Below, one piece after another: positions 53,717-63,999 of a stretch of 64,000 bases of DNA. This DNA is from Calditrichales bacterium (lineage in GTDB: Bacteria > Calditrichota > Calditrichia > Calditrichales > J004). Positions within the stretch are counted from its first letter, which is position 1. Every line of letters begins with the position of its first letter. The position numbers and the translations under genes are program-made. The stretch is from assembly GCA_965267575.1 (NCBI GenBank), contig OZ254086.1, forward strand, positions 800,001 through 864,000. The letters are read 5' to 3'. Below the pieces are notes generated by a model. The model worked only from the letters and a program-made list of their open reading frames with translations, was not told the DNA's origin and ran no database searches.

Positions 53717-56343
53717 TTGTCTTTTTCTGCGTGTTTTTCGATAAGCTTCTTATATCCCTGTTCGCCGCGTATAGGGTCCCAAACCGGGTCAAGTTTTAGC
53801 GGCCAAATTCCCAACGCATCGGTAGGGAGAGAAAGCAGTTTATCAATGGCTTGTAAGGCAGGCTTGTGCTCTCCCACCATCACATAAATCTGGGCCAAAT
53901 CCAGCAAACGGAAAGTCCCTCTCCAGGCTTCCTTTTCAATGGGCAAAAGAGCAACGCCCCTTTTTCCATTGCTTAAGGCTTTTTCTTTTTGCCCAAGGCC
54001 CGCATAGGCAAGTCCCAGGGATGTATACAGGCGTGAGTCGTCCGGGTATTGTCTAATTTTTTCCTGCAGGTTTTCCACAGCGGAAGAAAAACTTCTTCTA
54101 GCCTGTTGCTTGTTGTCCAGATATAGGTATACAAAACCCCGCAGTAAATCACCGGGCTTATAGTTAAATTGAGCGTCAAGGTCTCCGAATCCTTCGAGCT
54201 TTGTCAACGCCTCCGCGAAGTTTCGTTCGTAAAGATCCAGGTTCACCAGCTGTAAATTACTCGGCCCATAGTCTAACCCAATATTGTTTGCATGGGCGTT
54301 TTGCAACAATTCCCGGGCAGTGGATATATCGCCATTATCAAGAATCTTACCCTTTGCTTTTGTGAAAATGGGCGCGCCAGCGTTGGGGGCAAGGGAAATA
54401 GCCTTGTTTAAAAACTCTGTCCCCTTATCATATTCTCTCAGCAGATTATAGGTTTCGCCCACGGAAAAGACGGTTGTGTAATTTCGCGGATCCAGCTTAA
54501 ACGTTTTCACAAAATAGCCAATGGCTTCCCTCATTTTTCCTTGTCTGCGGTATACGAAACCGATGCCATTATTAGCAGCCACATTATCCGGCTGCAATTT
54601 TAACGCCTGGTTGTACTGCTCTAAAGCAGATTCATAATTAAGTTTTCCATGATAATAATAGTGTGCCAGGGCCACATGGGCCATTGGAAGATCGGGGTCA
54701 ATTTCCAATGCTTTTAGAGCATTAGTTTTGGAATTGTCTAAATTTTCCCTGGTGCGTTCGGCATATTCCCAATACAGGTTGGATTGCATAATGGATAGAC
54801 CGGCGTATGCCGCGGCGAAATTATTATCGAGGCCAACCGCCTCAAGAAAAAGCTTTTCGGCAAGTCGGGTATTCTGCACGTTTGTTATATCTTCGCCCAG
54901 CAAGACCGCCCGCAAATAAAGATCATATGCGGCGGGATTGTCGGTTATTTTTTGTTCCAGGGTTTTCTTTTCCGATTTCAGCAGCTTTAAGTTAAGGGCT
55001 TCGGCCACGGTTGAAGCAATTTTTGCCTGCAGCTCAAAGACGTTGGAAAAATCAGCTTCGTATGGTTTAGACCAAATCTGTGTTGCATTATTGATTTCAA
55101 TAAGCTCAGGATTTACACGCACGCGTTTTGAGCCGTCCGCGATTTGTTCCCATTGCACCGTACCTTCAAGTATGTAGTCAACGCCGAGTTCGCCGGCTAT
55201 TTGCTGTAGGTCTTTTTCGCTATTTTTATACTGCATGGCGCTGGATCTGGCGATGACTCCCAGGCCGGAGAGCCCCGATAGCTTGCTGGTAATCTCTCCT
55301 GTTATTCCATCCGCAAAATATTCATCCTCGGTATTGCCCAGGTTTTCGAAGGGTAGTATGGCCAGCATTTTTTTTGTGGTTCGCGCGTTTTCCGCTCCCG
55401 GTTTGAGGATATACCAACCGGCGAATATCAAAACCAACAGGGCAGCCAAAATAGCCGGCCATTTTATGTTAAAGCTTTTTTCTTGCTTCAGGCTGCCGCC
55501 GCTCTTTGCCTCGGAACTATAAACCGGTGTTTTTGAATCCGAACCGCTTTTAAGCTCAGATAAAACTTCGTCCATGGACCGGTAACGGTCGTGCCTCTCT
55601 TTTTGCAGGCACTTCTCAACAATGGCGCATATTTCTCCGGGAATGGCGGGATTTGTATCCTTAAGCGGGGGTGCTTCTTCATTTAGCAGGTTGTAGATCA
55701 ACGCCTGTTCGTATTCGCCTTTAAAAGGCGGCTGGCCTGTCAGCATCTCGTAAAAAACGATGCCGAAACTCCAGATATCGGAGCGCTGGTCTGCCTCTTC
55801 ACCACGCGCCTGCTCCGGGCTCATATAAGCGGCCGTTCCAAGAGTTGTCCCCACCTGCGTAAGCTGCGCAGAGCCGCGAAATTTAGCCAGGCCGAAATCC
55901 ATAATGCGTACATGGCCATCGTCCGTGCTCATGATATTGGCAGATTTAATATCGCGGTGCACGATGCCCTTTTTGTGTGCCGCCTGCAGGCCCTTGGCAA
56001 TCTGTATCGCTATATCAACGGCCTCTTCCACGGGCAAAGGTTTGTTGTTTATATGATCTTTCAAATGCTTGCCGAAGATATATTCCATGACCAGAAAAAG
56101 TTCGTTATCTGCTTCTTCAATGGCATGGATGGTGGCAATGTTGGGGTGGTTCAGCGCGGCGGCCGCTTTGGCTTCAATTTCAAAGCGTTTGCGCTCATCG
56201 GAATTGGCAGCAATATGGCGCGGTAAAAACTTTATCGCGACCTGCCGTTCCAGCTTCGTGTCTTCGGCCAGGTAGACCACGCCCATACCGCCCTCGCCAA
56301 GCTTCTCGATGATTTTATAATGAAGGATTTTTTGACCTGTCAT
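53713..56343 (-). CDS. Transmembrane Ser/Thr kinase with TolB-N-like domain and TPRs
   Basis: Intact kinase motifs; TM; LAILPFENL..EYFADGIT; AYDLYLR; TPRs; LDPVWDPIR terminus. Confidence 0.93.
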   Translation of the reverse strand: MTGQKILHYKIIEKLGEGGMGVVYLAEDTKLERQVAIKFLPRHIAANSDERKRFEIEAKAAAALNHPNIATIHAIEEADNELFLVMEYIFGKHLKDHINNKPLPVEEAVDIAIQIAKGLQAAHKKGIVHRDIKSANIMSTDDGHVRIMDFGLAKFRGSAQLTQVGTTLGTAAYMSPEQARGEEADQRSDIWSFGIVFYEMLTGQPPFKGEYEQALIYNLLNEEAPPLKDTNPAIPGEICAIVEKCLQKERHDRYRSMDEVLSELKSGSDSKTPVYSSEAKSGGSLKQEKSFNIKWPAILAALLVLIFAGWYILKPGAENARTTKKMLAILPFENLGNTEDEYFADGITGEITSKLSGLSGLGVIARSSAMQYKNSEKDLQQIAGELGVDYILEGTVQWEQIADGSKRVRVNPELIEINNATQIWSKPYEADFSNVFELQAKIASTVAEALNLKLLKSEKKTLEQKITDNPAAYDLYLRAVLLGEDITNVQNTRLAEKLFLEAVGLDNNFAAAYAGLSIMQSNLYWEYAERTRENLDNSKTNALKALEIDPDLPMAHVALAHYYYHGKLNYESALEQYNQALKLQPDNVAANNGIGFVYRRQGKMREAIGYFVKTFKLDPRNYTTVFSVGETYNLLREYDKGTEFLNKAISLAPNAGAPIFTKAKGKILDNGDISTARELLQNAHANNIGLDYGPSNLQLVNLDLYERNFAEALTKLEGFGDLDAQFNYKPGDLLRGFVYLYLDNKQQARRSFSSAVENLQEKIRQYPDDSRLYTSLGLAYAGLGQKEKALSNGKRGVALLPIEKEAWRGTFRLLDLAQIYVMVGEHKPALQAIDKLLSLPTDALGIWPLKLDPVWDPIRGEQGYKKLIEKHAEKDK

Positions 56344-56444
56344 TTTGATAGTCGGAATAAGTTAGGTGTGGTTTTATTTGCCAAGCTGCAAATGAAGCAA
56401 AGAAAAAGGGCATCCGCAAGTTTTTCGCGAATGCCCGGAAAACG

Positions 56445-57146
56445 TTAAGGTTTAATGGCCGACGTGGCTGTTGGCCTCAACTCATAATCATAAGATGAAC
56501 GCTTTGGGAAGTCCTGTATCTTTTCGGAGGTACCGTCACTATCGTGAAAAACACGACCATCCCCGTTAGCTATAAAATAGCCGCTGGGGTTGCCCAGGTT
56601 GTCCAGCATAAAGAGGGCGATATGCATACCGGCTATCGCCTGCTGCTGCATTTTCCCGGAAAAGACAACAAGAATGTACGCACTGTCCGTACCTACGGTG
56701 ACCGTCAGCCGTGAAAAAACGGAAAAACTATCGGCTTTTCCAACTACAAAGCTGCCCAGACCATTGCCCATTTCGCTTGCATTCTGGTAATCGATATTAA
56801 CCGTGAGCTGAGAATTGTTTTGATCATAAAAGTGAACATAGTAATCCGCAAATTGCGCTCCGGGAGAGTCACCGGTGCGATTGCTGCTTAACAAAATAAA
56901 GGGCGCTGCATGATAGTATCCGCCGATAGCCGGAGGTGAATCCCCACCATTGATCGGCATGCCAAGCGAATCCATAATACGTAACAATGAATCGGGAACA
57001 ATATCATTAATGTCACGGGAAAGACCATTATCTTCAACGCGCGCCTTCTTTTCTCCATCATCTGTGGGAGAACTGCACGCCACAAAAATTGCCAGGGACA
57101 GAATAAAAAACATTAGTGGCACTAAATGCCGGATCTTGTTACGCAT
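56445..57146 (-). CDS. Hypothetical lipoprotein
   Basis: Lipobox FVAC; GMPINGGDSPP.I.G.Y; AGGAG RBS. Confidence 0.75.
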   Translation of the reverse strand: MRNKIRHLVPLMFFILSLAIFVACSSPTDDGEKKARVEDNGLSRDINDIVPDSLLRIMDSLGMPINGGDSPPAIGGYYHAAPFILLSSNRTGDSPGAQFADYYVHFYDQNNSQLTVNIDYQNASEMGNGLGSFVVGKADSFSVFSRLTVTVGTDSAYILVVFSGKMQQQAIAGMHIALFMLDNLGNPSGYFIANGDGRVFHDSDGTSEKIQDFPKRSSYDYELRPTATSAIKP

Positions 57147-57306
57147 AATTCGACTCCTGTTATAGGTTTACTATTATACCACCAACGTAATGATGGTAGT
57201 GGCTAAAAAGACCGGCTATATATTATTTATCAATTAAAGACCCGTCTGTGACCACCAACCCAAAAAAGCAGCTTGGACAAAAAAAACCACAGCTACAAAC
57301 GTACTT

Positions 57307-57648
57307 TCAGGATTGTAATGCTTCCAAAGCTTCCTTTGCGCTGGAATAAGTTTTAAATACTTTGTTAAGCTGCATCAACACCAGCACACTGCTGACCTTG
57401 CCCGTGATTGAGGAAAGCACAAATTGCCCTTCCTGATTTTTTACCGTGGCATAGCTACGCATGATGGCGCCCACACCGACACTGTTAACCCAATCCACGC
57501 CTTCCATGTCCAAGACTATTTTTTTAACCTTCTGCCCCAGCATGGCGCGCACTTCATCGTGCAGCGTTTCCGTATCCGGCATGCCCATTAATTTTCCCTT
57601 AAGCGTAATAACGCCTACGTCACCGTGGATTTTGTCCTTGAACTTCAT
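57307..57648 (-). CDS. STAS-domain anti-sigma factor antagonist
   Basis: LKGKL, IVLDM.GV.WVNSVGVG (phosphorylatable Ser), L.KVF..Y....EAL. Confidence 0.9.
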   Translation of the reverse strand: MKFKDKIHGDVGVITLKGKLMGMPDTETLHDEVRAMLGQKVKKIVLDMEGVDWVNSVGVGAIMRSYATVKNQEGQFVLSSITGKVSSVLVLMQLNKVFKTYSSAKEALEALQS

Positions 57649-57870
57649 TGCGACCTCCGAAAAAAAAGATTCTGAACCAAATGTGTTAATTTTTTCCTAA
57701 CCATACAGCAGCGGGCGTCATCAGCAAACCCCGATCTGCCTGTGGACAAATTACTCCGGACTGTGATTTATAAAGTGAGTTAAAAAGCAAAAACGCGCTA
57801 TACGATACGACAAAGGAAGTCAAAAAGAAAGTGCAATTTGTCGCAAATATGATTGAAAAAAACAGACCCT

Positions 57871-58749
57871 TTAAGCCGATTTTAGGGGTGCCCTCAGCGA
57901 ACCGGTTTGCTTCCTGATTACGGCCATCGCGACACCGCCCAGTATCAGGATGCTGGCAACGATGAGTCTTGCGGAAACTACCTCCGCCAGTAAAAGAACG
58001 CCGCCGAAAGCAGCGATAACGGGTACCAGCAGCTGGACAATCGCCGCCAACGTTGTACTAAGCCCCTTAAGCGCTTTGTACCACAGTACGTATCCCAGCC
58101 CGGATGTAACCGAACCGGAGATGACAGCCAGTAAAATACCGCCCGCGTGGATTTGATCGATTTGAATAAACGGAAAGGCGATGATAATGGCGAGCAATGC
58201 CAGCGGCAGGGTGCCTGTGAAGTTTGCCGCGGTGGCTGCTACGGGGGCATACGCCTTTCTGCCACGCACAGAATAAATGCCCCAGGCTATCCCGGAAACA
58301 ACCATCAGCAGCGCGCCGAGAGGATCGGGAGCAGTTAATCCCGGAAAGACCAGAAAAATGAGTCCGCCCAGGGCAAGGGACAAACCCAGCCATTGCAGCG
58401 GATGTGGCCGTTCACCGGAGATCAGCCCGCTGCCTATCATGGTAGCCTGTACGGCGCCGAACAATATCAGGGCGCCAACGCCCGTATCCAGCGTTACATA
58501 GGCCAGCGAAAAGGCCGCGGCATAAACAAAGAGGGCCAGGGCAGAGGCGGCGATTCTTTTTTTGGGTATAGTCTTTATGGGTCCGGCCCTGAAACGTGCT
58601 ATCGGTATGAGGATAAGCGCGCCGCTGAGCAGTCGCAGCGTTGTGAAGGAAACGGGATCGATAAGGGCGCCACCCAGGGCCATGCGGCACAAAAGCGAAT
58701 TGGCGGCAAAAGCAATCAACGTAAATAACGTGAGAACGAATATCAGCAT
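57871..58749 (-). CDS. DMT/EamA-family transporter
   Basis: 10 TM; FAANSLLCR.AL, SGLGY.LWY, QL.VPVIAA.GG; ATG 58749. Confidence 0.88.
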   Translation of the reverse strand: MLIFVLTLFTLIAFAANSLLCRMALGGALIDPVSFTTLRLLSGALILIPIARFRAGPIKTIPKKRIAASALALFVYAAAFSLAYVTLDTGVGALILFGAVQATMIGSGLISGERPHPLQWLGLSLALGGLIFLVFPGLTAPDPLGALLMVVSGIAWGIYSVRGRKAYAPVAATAANFTGTLPLALLAIIIAFPFIQIDQIHAGGILLAVISGSVTSGLGYVLWYKALKGLSTTLAAIVQLLVPVIAAFGGVLLLAEVVSARLIVASILILGGVAMAVIRKQTGSLRAPLKSA

Positions 58750-59037
58750 AACACCCCCGGTGCGGGAAACGGAAAACTCATATTGAATCAATGGCGAAAA
58801 AGATAGATTGCTACGATTTCCGGGGCAATTAAATCAACAGGGCCGCTCTTTATGGCACAGCGTTGAATTGGTAGATAATTATTCATTTAATAATAATACC
58901 CAGATTGTAGTTTGGCGTCAACTTACAATAATGAGTCCCTTTGCAAGACGTATTAAATAACCTTATAAAACAGTTTATTCATATCTTCTGAATGCCTATC
59001 TTTTCTTTAAAGCACTATTACCTTGCTCGGACGACCT

Positions 59038-60612
59038 ATGAAAAAGGCTATTTTCTGTTTACTGCTAACGATGCTAACGATTTCATGCGGCCCTGTTATA
59101 ACCAGGATTGGCTATGAAAGACCTGCCGTCATGGACAAAAAGGAGTATTCCGTACCCATTATCGCCGCAAAGCCGACACGACTTCACGGGTTTGAGAAAA
59201 TCGCCGAAATCAGAATTAAAAATCGTAATTTCAAAATGTTTTCCGGCTGCACGGAGGATCAGATTCGTCATATTCTACAATATGACGCAGGCTTAATAAA
59301 GGCTGATCTGATCAATATCGTCTCCATTCTGTTTCCCAGACGTGACGGTGAATGCTATACCGTGAATGCTGGCTTTCTTAAGAAAACGGCTGATTGGGTT
59401 GATACCGAAGAGGTAATCGCTCAGTATCACTACGATTTTGATACTGAGGTGCTGGACGGTCGTCGCATTGAAGCAGAAGAGGATTCTCTCGTTTTTTACT
59501 CTGACCTGGTTCGAATGACAGATACAAGTGCCACCGATAGCTGCTGGAGTGCTTTCGTTATTAAAAAAGGACGCCAACGCGAGCAACGTGATAACATGTT
59601 CAGTTTTTCTAAAAACGGATTCTATCTTGCGCGCGGAATCCTGTATGAATTCGAACTTGATAACCCGCATAACGAAAGGTTTATGGGGAAACTTGTTGAC
59701 ATAAAAAAGGACACATTGGTCTTTATTAACTTCATGAACCAGTCCGTTGCTTTAAATTCTGTACTCGAATATGATACGCTGCAGCTTTCCTTTGAAGATA
59801 TTAGTAAATTCTACCTTGTCGAAGACCGGGCACTCGGCATCTACAGTAGTATGAATTTAAGTAATTACACTATCGAATATGCGAGAGATACAATATCGTG
59901 CAAAGCACAAAACATGTACGGCCCCATTTATTATAATGACAGCACGGTTTACGAAATCGCACCTTACTTTACTGGTATCGGACTTATTTGGATATATGAG
60001 GATGCCGGTAAAACATATTATTTTTCCGGTGTCCGCCCCAAGCCCGGTACCGTGCCAGTGGACACGACCTTTGACAGGAGATACCCCATTTGGTTTACGC
60101 CCTGTGGCGTTGAGGAAATCAACGGAATCGCTTTTGGACTTTTAGCGGAGAATTTAAAAAACTTCGACAATCAAGATACTTTAACCATAAACGGGCTCAA
60201 CATAGAAGTAAATCCATTCAAGATCTTTAGTGTAATCGGACCTTATACGCCCCCATACATAGACAGCCTCGCTATATACGAAAACCATCTGCGGGGCAAA
60301 GAGACAACTACGGTCAACGGACTTAATTTCAGCGTGATGGGCAATGTAGGGTTGCGTGAGTCGAACGGTATTACCTTAAACGGATTTCATTACATGATTC
60401 TAAAATCCAACTGGATTTCGGTTACAGGTATGAACTCAGCGATTTATGAGTTTAATGGCCTAGCTATTTCAGTTCTAAGAAATAAAGCAACTATCGGCAA
60501 GGGTCTGCAGATCGGGCTTTTTAATTCCTGCAAAAATCTAAAGGGTTTTCAAATAGGTTTATGGAATACGAATGGCAAACGCTCACTCCCCCTGATAAAC
60601 TGGGATTTTTAA
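59038..60612 (+). CDS. Hypothetical multi-domain lipoprotein with C-terminal G.Q.G..N repeats
   Basis: Lipobox TISC; INGLNI, VNGLNF, GLQIGLFN, GFQIGLWN; terminal PLINWDF; AT-rich. Confidence 0.65.
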   Translation: MKKAIFCLLLTMLTISCGPVITRIGYERPAVMDKKEYSVPIIAAKPTRLHGFEKIAEIRIKNRNFKMFSGCTEDQIRHILQYDAGLIKADLINIVSILFPRRDGECYTVNAGFLKKTADWVDTEEVIAQYHYDFDTEVLDGRRIEAEEDSLVFYSDLVRMTDTSATDSCWSAFVIKKGRQREQRDNMFSFSKNGFYLARGILYEFELDNPHNERFMGKLVDIKKDTLVFINFMNQSVALNSVLEYDTLQLSFEDISKFYLVEDRALGIYSSMNLSNYTIEYARDTISCKAQNMYGPIYYNDSTVYEIAPYFTGIGLIWIYEDAGKTYYFSGVRPKPGTVPVDTTFDRRYPIWFTPCGVEEINGIAFGLLAENLKNFDNQDTLTINGLNIEVNPFKIFSVIGPYTPPYIDSLAIYENHLRGKETTTVNGLNFSVMGNVGLRESNGITLNGFHYMILKSNWISVTGMNSAIYEFNGLAISVLRNKATIGKGLQIGLFNSCKNLKGFQIGLWNTNGKRSLPLINWDF

Positions 60613-60674
60613 GGCCAGCAGCCATGCTCTTACCTGTCAATCACTATCCAAATCAGAACATGACCCATATTCAA

Positions 60675-62762
60675 TTATTTTTCGGACCAACGCAGGCCCA
60701 ATCCGACATAGAAATTTCTTCCCGGTGCTGCTTCAAAATAGTTTCCACCAAAGGCATTCAGGCGCACATTATCTATATGCTCCGAGTCAAATAAATTATT
60801 AATACCACCGAAGAGCGTCCATTTATGGTTTCGCATTGGTAAAGTATGCTGTATACGTAAGTTGAGCTCAAAAAATGAATCTGAAAAAGCAGTGTTGGCA
60901 TCATCAGCAAATATCCGGTCAAGGTAGCGCCCTTCCAGTATGACCAGCCCTTTTTCACTATAAGTGTATGTCAATCCGCCGGTGGCCAGATGCTTTGGAA
61001 TCCCGGGCAGCCTGTTCCCCCCGTATTGATTTCCCGCAACCAGATAATCGTTGTATTTAAAATCAGAATAGGTGTAGGAAATCCTGCCCGAAAAGTAATT
61101 CGTTGCCTGCCAGTTCAAGGATGATTCGATACCCTTTCGTGTGGAAACTCCCGCATTACGATAAAAAAAACGACCCGGGTTGCTGCTTATTTCAAAAGGG
61201 ACAAGCTCATTGTTTAATTTAAGATAGAAGAATGCTGTCTGATAGCTGAGCCGGGATTTTCTGCCTTTCACGCCAACTTCGTAATTGTACGCCTCCTGAG
61301 GGTCAAGCTGATCATTAAATCCCTGTGAACCGTCCGGATTGGCGGAGAGTTCACTTAGCGCAGGTGTTTCAAAATTATAGCTGTAATTTGCATAAAGATA
61401 ATGATTTGCATTCAACGCATAGCTTATTCCCAAAGCAGGGCTCACACTCTTATAAATAGAAATGCCCGAATCATCACCGTCATTAAAAAATTTATCATCT
61501 GCGCTTAATTCGTTGTAATCATAGCGTAAAGCGCTCATTAACCAGATGTCCGGAAGCGGGGCCCATTCCTGCAGCCAATAGAATCCGGCAGATGAAAATT
61601 GCTCAATTTGCTCAAATACAAGCGGTCCCGGTGTACCCTGCAGATTATCAAAGCGTTTCCTGTGATCCGATTGCCATTCCAAATCTATACCTGCGGAGAT
61701 TATGTAGGGTTTCTTAAATAATTCACTTTTGCTTTTTATCTGAAATCCGGCACCACTAAAGTTGCGGAATAAGTTAACTGCACCACCGGATTCAAAGGGC
61801 AGACGGTTGCTAAAATCCCGGAAAAGATAAAATCCGTACGCATTAAGGCTAATATCATCAGACCATTGCTGCTGCCAGCGTAAACCGATTTTACCCTGCT
61901 CGACATTTTCGCCCGCGGAAAAGGAGAGATTGCGATTTCGTGCCTGGGCGGGATTTGCAGCAAACTCTTCTGCTGTTAAACCACCGGCATCCTCAGCCAG
62001 CGGACTGTAAACATAATTCAGAGTCCATTCAAGAAAACCCGTATCGCTGAGCACGTGCTGAACTTTGGCATTAAACAGACTGTTTTGCATACGGCTATGT
62101 TTTCTATATCCGTTCTGCTGTGTGTGAGTGGCAAAAGCAATCCATCTGAAGGAACCGATTTTACTCCCAGCTTTTAACTGGTAGCGCTGCATATCATAAC
62201 TTCCGGTCGTAATGCGGGCTTCTGTAAAGGTCCGTTTTGGTGGATTCTCTGAATTAAGCAGAATGACACCCCCGGCGGCATTGCCGAATATTCCGGAAGC
62301 AGGCCCGCTTAACATTGTAGCTCCTGTAATCAAACCGGCATCGAGATTGTCCACCTGGCCCTGTCCGTCAGGCGTCGTTTCCGGTAAGCCATCGATGTAA
62401 ATTTTAATTCCGCGTATCCCGAAAGCGGCCCTGGCACCAAAACCGCGTACCGAAAGACGCAAATCCTGGGCAAAATTATTGGCATTTAGAACGAGCAGTC
62501 CGGGGATATGCTTAAGGGGTTCGGCCAGGGAAACCTGTCTGCGCCCATTCTGCCAGTCATCCTGATTCAGTCTGTTTATTTTATAGGGCGCATGAAGCTC
62601 CTGTAAAGGGAGACGCTGTGCCTCGACGACAATTGAATCAAGCGTGCCAACAAACAGGGTATCCCGGCTCTGAGCGGAGATAAAGTTTATTTGCAGAAAG
62701 AAGCACGCTAATCCGGGATAGATTAATCTATTCCAGCCTCCTTTAAAAAATCCACAAAACAT
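60675..62762 (-). CDS. TonB-dependent receptor, YncD/PqqU-like
   Basis: NFAQDLRLSVRGFGARAAFGIRGI.IYIDG.P.T.PDGQGQ plug, FETP...EL, YFEAAPGRN terminus; exact start uncertain. Confidence 0.85.
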   Translation of the reverse strand: MFCGFFKGGWNRLIYPGLACFFLQINFISAQSRDTLFVGTLDSIVVEAQRLPLQELHAPYKINRLNQDDWQNGRRQVSLAEPLKHIPGLLVLNANNFAQDLRLSVRGFGARAAFGIRGIKIYIDGLPETTPDGQGQVDNLDAGLITGATMLSGPASGIFGNAAGGVILLNSENPPKRTFTEARITTGSYDMQRYQLKAGSKIGSFRWIAFATHTQQNGYRKHSRMQNSLFNAKVQHVLSDTGFLEWTLNYVYSPLAEDAGGLTAEEFAANPAQARNRNLSFSAGENVEQGKIGLRWQQQWSDDISLNAYGFYLFRDFSNRLPFESGGAVNLFRNFSGAGFQIKSKSELFKKPYIISAGIDLEWQSDHRKRFDNLQGTPGPLVFEQIEQFSSAGFYWLQEWAPLPDIWLMSALRYDYNELSADDKFFNDGDDSGISIYKSVSPALGISYALNANHYLYANYSYNFETPALSELSANPDGSQGFNDQLDPQEAYNYEVGVKGRKSRLSYQTAFFYLKLNNELVPFEISSNPGRFFYRNAGVSTRKGIESSLNWQATNYFSGRISYTYSDFKYNDYLVAGNQYGGNRLPGIPKHLATGGLTYTYSEKGLVILEGRYLDRIFADDANTAFSDSFFELNLRIQHTLPMRNHKWTLFGGINNLFDSEHIDNVRLNAFGGNYFEAAPGRNFYVGLGLRWSEK

Positions 62763-62763
62763 A

Positions 62764-63999
62764 CTAAAGAATTGGAATGAGTTTATAGATCTCGCCCGGG
62801 TTCTCCACGGCGACATAAATATAATTGTCCGGTGATTCCCTAACCTGCCTGACGCGGCCGATATTCTTCAACAAAACTTCCTGTGCTGTAACTTTATTAC
62901 CATCGACCTTACAGAGATTAACATATTTATAGCGCAAAGAACCCACCAGCAGATGCCCTTTCCAGCCGGGATAGCGATCTCCTTCCACGAAATCCATTCC
63001 GCATGGTGCAATCGACGGTACCCAATACAAGAGGGGCTGGGCCATGCCTTCTTTTTCGGTCAGTTTCGTAAAAACGGTTCCATCATAGTTGATTCCATAT
63101 GAAATAACCGGCCAGCCGTAGTTAGCAGCCTTTTTTATGATGTTGATTTCGTCACCGCCGCGAGGTCCGTGTTCATGGGTCCAGATTTCGCCGCTCGTTG
63201 GATTCTTTACCATGCCCTGTTGATTACGGTGGCCATACGAATAGATGCTTTTTACGGCATCCGCCCGATTGACAAACGGATTATCATCTGGTATCCGGCC
63301 GTCATCGTAAATACGATGCACTTTTCCGGGATAAACAGAGAGATCCTGGGGATAGACATTTCTTGAGCCGCGGTCACCTACGGTGATAAACAGATAGCCA
63401 TTATTGTCAAACTCCAGCCGTGAACCGTAATGGTGCCTTTTTGTCGAATAGGGTAACGCTTCCAGCAATAATTTGCCTTCCGTAAGCTGGTTTCCCTCGA
63501 GCGTGTAGCGCGAAACGGCCGTAGTTGATAAAATTTCGCCACCCTCTTTTTTGAAGATAGAATAAGAAAGGTAGAGCCAGTTGTTTTCAGGAAAATCGGG
63601 ATGCAATTCAATATCCAGCAGACCGCCCTGGCCCTTGTATAAAACTTCCGGCACACCGCTTATTTGGATCTTGCTTTTGTCTTCTTTACAGCGCCACAAT
63701 TCGCCGGATTTATCTGTAACGAGCATATCACCGTTTGGAAGAAAAGCCATACCCCAGGGACTCTCCAGCCCATCAACCACTTTCTCCAGGCGGAAGCTGA
63801 ATTTTTCCGCCTCAAAAATATTATCCGTAACGGATTCCTTTTTAAAATCATATTTGTCCAGATTTTGAATACCATAGCGGATATAACTTACAAGCTCATC
63901 CAATTGCTGCTCATTGAAAGCTTTTCCGAAGGCCGGCATACCAGCTTCCAGATCGCCCCTGCCATCTGAAATAGATTTACGCAATTCTTCGGGAGAATT
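62764..63999 (-). CDS. PQQ-dependent aldose sugar dehydrogenase (GSDH/YliI family) with N-terminal cytochrome c domain; 5'-partial
   Basis: PWGMAFLP, GQGGLLD, HYGSRL, YGHRNQQG, EHGPRGGDEIN, NYGWP; MPAF...L....L..YI cytochrome c tail; frame open to the window end. Confidence 0.9.
   Translation of the reverse strand, partial: NSPEELRKSISDGRGDLEAGMPAFGKAFNEQQLDELVSYIRYGIQNLDKYDFKKESVTDNIFEAEKFSFRLEKVVDGLESPWGMAFLPNGDMLVTDKSGELWRCKEDKSKIQISGVPEVLYKGQGGLLDIELHPDFPENNWLYLSYSIFKKEGGEILSTTAVSRYTLEGNQLTEGKLLLEALPYSTKRHHYGSRLEFDNNGYLFITVGDRGSRNVYPQDLSVYPGKVHRIYDDGRIPDDNPFVNRADAVKSIYSYGHRNQQGMVKNPTSGEIWTHEHGPRGGDEINIIKKAANYGWPVISYGINYDGTVFTKLTEKEGMAQPLLYWVPSIAPCGMDFVEGDRYPGWKGHLLVGSLRYKYVNLCKVDGNKVTAQEVLLKNIGRVRQVRESPDNYIYVAVENPGEIYKLIPIL

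Noticed and set aside
57650-57870. Possible ncRNA or riboswitch in the longer intergenic gaps (also 15112-15285, 31700-31900, 58800-59030)
   Set aside because: No recognisable conserved motif or convincing structure by eye; an Rfam/Infernal scan would be needed.
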